Positions 60,844 through 64,000 of a stretch of 64,000 nucleotides of DNA are shown here, one piece after another. Position numbers and translations under genes: made by a program. The notes below the pieces were generated by a model. The model was given only the letters and a program-made list of their open reading frames with translations, did no database searches and was not told the DNA's origin. Source of the DNA: Limnochordia bacterium. GTDB taxonomy: Bacteria > Bacillota > Limnochordia > DTU080. The number at the start of each line of letters is the position of its first letter. Positions within the stretch are counted from its first letter, which is position 1. The stretch covers positions 64,001 through 128,000 of the forward strand of contig JBMNJG010000004.1 in assembly GCA_050951545.1 (NCBI GenBank), written 5' to 3'.

Positions 60844-61986
60844 CTAGGCAAAATCTTGCCCCACGTTCCCAGCCCACAGATCAAGGAAGTCTAGCAACTC
60901 GGAGCGGGACGGGCTGTGCTCGTAGCGCACGTAGAATCCTGACGTGGCCGTGCCTAAGACCAAGCAATCCTTTGGATAGAGGTTGAGCACCTGTCCCAGG
61001 CAGAAGCCAGCGTTGAAGTTATCGCCTGCTCCCGTGGTGAGCTTAGGCTGTGAAGTGTAGGGACCGTCGACTATACAGAAAGCCCCGTTGATCACGCAAG
61101 CAGCTTGGCCTAGAGGATGCACGACGACCCCGTAGGTATCCATGCTTTCGGCGATCGCCTTGGTGATCTCATCGAGAGGAGCATCCGCAGGCTCGCAGCT
61201 GAGCTCAAGCCTGAGGGCCTCGGCCACTTGTGTAGCTTCTTTGCGATTGAGGCCAAGGGTGGCTCTGCAAGGGCCGTCGAATCGCCGAATCGTCTCCAGG
61301 GCCTCTACGATCTCAGAACGAGAGCGTTTCTCGGGGTCGGCTAGATCGAAGAAGATCATCGGCGCCTCCTCGTATGTCGTGGCGGAAAACACATCGTCGA
61401 TGAGATGCTGCCAGAGCTCCGTCATAAAGGGGATCATTGTCCAATTGACCGTGGCGATGAGTCTGGTTCGCGAGAACAGTTCGATCAACTGAGGCAGAGG
61501 GATGGCCGCCAGAAGGTTCTCCCAGTTGATATCCTTAATAGTCTCGAGCTTTCCTAACATGACCTTACCATCGCTGAACTCCAGGGCGTCGGTGTGTCCA
61601 GGATCGGCGATAGAGATGACCCGGGCCTTTAGAGCCAACTCCCTAAAGACTGGATGCAAGGGTTGGCCAACGGCACCAATGTACGTAATATCCAGGCCCA
61701 GTGCGGCCAGGGCGTTGGCCATAATGGGGCCGTTGCCTCCCAGTTTGACTGCTTTGGGGACGAGCTCGATGTTAGTGGAAAGCCCTGCAGCTTTTGTGAT
61801 CCTTTCGCCAAGCTCTGCGATGGTGCCAATCTTGGTGTAGGTGTCGGGTGAAGTGCGCTTGTCGACTGCTTCAATGATCTCATCAACGAACCCGTCAAAC
61901 CCAATCACAGCTTGGGTCCCAGCTATCTGCGCGCTGCTTAGAGCATCTTTGGCGCGCTGTATCGCGTTCGATATTTCTACAGTCAT
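60844..61986 (-). CDS. PfkB/ribokinase-like carbohydrate kinase
   Basis: LGGNG, LN.KEA and TTGAGDNFNAGF motifs. Confidence 0.82.
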   Translation of the reverse strand: MTVEISNAIQRAKDALSSAQIAGTQAVIGFDGFVDEIIEAVDKRTSPDTYTKIGTIAELGERITKAAGLSTNIELVPKAVKLGGNGPIMANALAALGLDITYIGAVGQPLHPVFRELALKARVISIADPGHTDALEFSDGKVMLGKLETIKDINWENLLAAIPLPQLIELFSRTRLIATVNWTMIPFMTELWQHLIDDVFSATTYEEAPMIFFDLADPEKRSRSEIVEALETIRRFDGPCRATLGLNRKEATQVAEALRLELSCEPADAPLDEITKAIAESMDTYGVVVHPLGQAACVINGAFCIVDGPYTSQPKLTTGAGDNFNAGFCLGQVLNLYPKDCLVLGTATSGFYVRYEHSPSRSELLDFLDLWAGNVGQDFA

Positions 61987-62125
61987 GGCAGTCCCTCCTT
62001 GAATGGTTTCCCTAGCAGATGGAGTTCGTCTGCCATGCATCTATAACCTCCCTGTGTGCATACCGAAGAGCATGAAGTGTGGGCCAACGGCAAACACTTC
62101 GGATGCACAGACAGGCGTATGCTCT

Positions 62126-62154
62126 TTGACACTGCTGGAGCGGTGTGGTAACCT
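62126..62154 (+). promoter_or_regulatory. Sigma-A/70 promoter of pckG
   Basis: TTGACA-N17-TAACCT with an extended -10 TG. Confidence 0.6.
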
Positions 62155-62204
62155 ACAGTGAAAATGACACGGCATCCTTTTACAGGCAGGGGGATATTGT
62201 ATCG

Positions 62205-63989
62205 ATGACGTCCAACACGAAGCTCCTTCAATGGGTCAAGAAGATGGCAGAACTCTGCCAGCCAGACGCCGTTTACTGGTGCAATGGATCACAGCAGGAG
62301 TATGACGACCTCTGCGATCTCATGGTCGCTCAGGGTACGTTTGTGAGGCTCAATGAACAGAAACGTCCCGGTAGCTTCCTGTGCCGTTCTCATCCGGATG
62401 ATGTGGCGCGCGTAGAAGACAGAACGTTCATCTGTACCCGCCGTCGTGAAGATGCTGGTCCAACGAATAACTGGGTAGACCCTGTGGAGATGAAGACGAC
62501 CCTGAAGGGGCTGTTTAGAGGCTCCATGCGAGGGCGGACCATGTATGTGATTCCGTTTAGCATGGGGCCCTTGGGTTCTGACATTTCGCACATTGGGGTA
62601 GAGCTGACGGATTCCCCGTATGTGGTGGCCAACATGCGCATCATGACGCGTATGGGGCAGGCTGTCCTTGACGTATTGGGCCCAGATGGCGATTTCGTGC
62701 CCTGCCTGCATTCTGTAGGTGCGCCGTTGCAGCCGGGTGAGAAGGACGTCCCCTGGCCGTGCAATCCGGAGCACAAGTATATTGTCCATTTTCCCGAGGA
62801 GAAGAGCATTTGGTCCTATGGCAGTGGTTATGGGGGCAATGCTCTCTTGGGTAAGAAGTGTTTTGCGCTGCGCATAGCATCTTATATGGCGCGGGAACAG
62901 GGCTGGCTGGCTGAGCACATGCTTATTGTGGGTTTTGAGTCGCCCGAGGGCGAAAAGACTTATGTGGCCGCTGCCTTTCCCAGCGCGTGTGGCAAGACCA
63001 ATCTGGCCATGCTCATCCCGCCTGCGCATCTCGAGGGCTGGAAGGTCTGGACGGTCGGCGACGACATCGCGTGGATCAAACCGGGCCAGGATGGTCGCTT
63101 ATATGCCATCAATCCCGAGGCAGGTTTCTTTGGTGTGGCACCAGGGACATCCATGTCGTCTAACAGGAACGCCATGCTGTCAATCCGCGCGAACTCCATT
63201 TTCACCAACGTAGCGCTCACTCCTGATGGGGATGTCTGGTGGGAGGGTATGAGCGAGACTCCGCCAGCGTCATGTATCGACTGGCTGGGACAGGAATGGA
63301 CCCCGGACAGCGGTCGGCCAGCGGCCCATCCTAACGCTCGTTTTACCGCTCCGATCGCACAGTGCCCGGTTGTGGATCCAGCTTGGGATGACCCCCAGGG
63401 CGTGCCCATTAGTGCTTTCGTGTTCGGTGGTCGCCGTGCCAACAATGTACCCTTGGTCTTTGAGGCCTATAACTGGGGACACGGAGTCTACTTGGGGGCC
63501 ACCATGGGCTCTGAGACAACCGCAGCCGCTGCAGGTGCCGTGGGTCGGGTGCGAAGAGATCCTTTTGCCATGCTGCCGTTTGCTGGCTACCACATGGGAG
63601 ATTACTTTGCGCATTGGATCAGCATGCGCAAACGGGTGGCACACCCTCCGCGTTTTTTCCACGTCAACTGGTTCCGTAAGAATGAAGAGGGTAACATCGT
63701 GTGGCCTGGATTCGGCGAGAACATGCGCGTAATGAAGTGGATTGTCGACCGTTGCCGAGGGCGGGTCGGGGCTGTCGAAACACCGTTAGGATGGGCGCCT
63801 GAGCCCGGCGACTTTGACCTAGGTGATCTGCCGGACTTCACCGCCGAGGACCTGGCCTGGGTGCAATCTATTGATCGAGAAGACTGGAAGAGAGAAGCGC
63901 ATGAACAAGACGAGTTGTTCATCCAGCTTCATGATCGGCTACCCAAGGATCTGCTCTGTGAACGGGAGCTTCTAATATCCCGCCTCTAG
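62205..63989 (+). CDS. pckG: Phosphoenolpyruvate carboxykinase (GTP)
   Basis: [46 protein letters not shown] and VNWFR motifs. Confidence 0.96.
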   Translation: MTSNTKLLQWVKKMAELCQPDAVYWCNGSQQEYDDLCDLMVAQGTFVRLNEQKRPGSFLCRSHPDDVARVEDRTFICTRRREDAGPTNNWVDPVEMKTTLKGLFRGSMRGRTMYVIPFSMGPLGSDISHIGVELTDSPYVVANMRIMTRMGQAVLDVLGPDGDFVPCLHSVGAPLQPGEKDVPWPCNPEHKYIVHFPEEKSIWSYGSGYGGNALLGKKCFALRIASYMAREQGWLAEHMLIVGFESPEGEKTYVAAAFPSACGKTNLAMLIPPAHLEGWKVWTVGDDIAWIKPGQDGRLYAINPEAGFFGVAPGTSMSSNRNAMLSIRANSIFTNVALTPDGDVWWEGMSETPPASCIDWLGQEWTPDSGRPAAHPNARFTAPIAQCPVVDPAWDDPQGVPISAFVFGGRRANNVPLVFEAYNWGHGVYLGATMGSETTAAAAGAVGRVRRDPFAMLPFAGYHMGDYFAHWISMRKRVAHPPRFFHVNWFRKNEEGNIVWPGFGENMRVMKWIVDRCRGRVGAVETPLGWAPEPGDFDLGDLPDFTAEDLAWVQSIDREDWKREAHEQDELFIQLHDRLPKDLLCERELLISRL

Positions 63990-64000
63990 GGCTGGTTGCA

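Overview
This is a GC-rich bacterial chromosomal window, probably from a diderm Bacillota (Limnochordia-like; inferred from non-lipidated solute-binding proteins, a beta-barrel-like protein and sigma-A-type promoters). Most of it is ordinary metabolism and glycan foraging. That includes five orphan or truncated sugar ABC solute-binding proteins, two sulfatases, a heparinase II/III-like lyase, large secreted CAZyme-like proteins, SGNH esterases, thiBPQ with a TPP riboswitch, mutY, mtnA, hisF, pckG, a CapD-like dehydratase, and ClC and NSS transporters. Decay debris is common: an IS1634 inserted in a gene, IS256 and IscB remnants, and several short pseudogene fragments. The most unusual signal is a pair of paralogous genes (31929-33035 and 50967-52037, minus strand). 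Each encodes two tandem winged-HTH modules fused to a Vsr/DUF559-like PD-(D/E)xK nuclease domain, and each lies next to a long non-coding tandem repeat array (about 4.5 x 94 bp and about 5.4 x exactly 405 bp). The arrays are hairpin-rich and share a short motif. This may be an undescribed repeat-associated selfish or nuclease system; its function is inferred, not shown. All calls come from reading motifs by eye, with no database searches.
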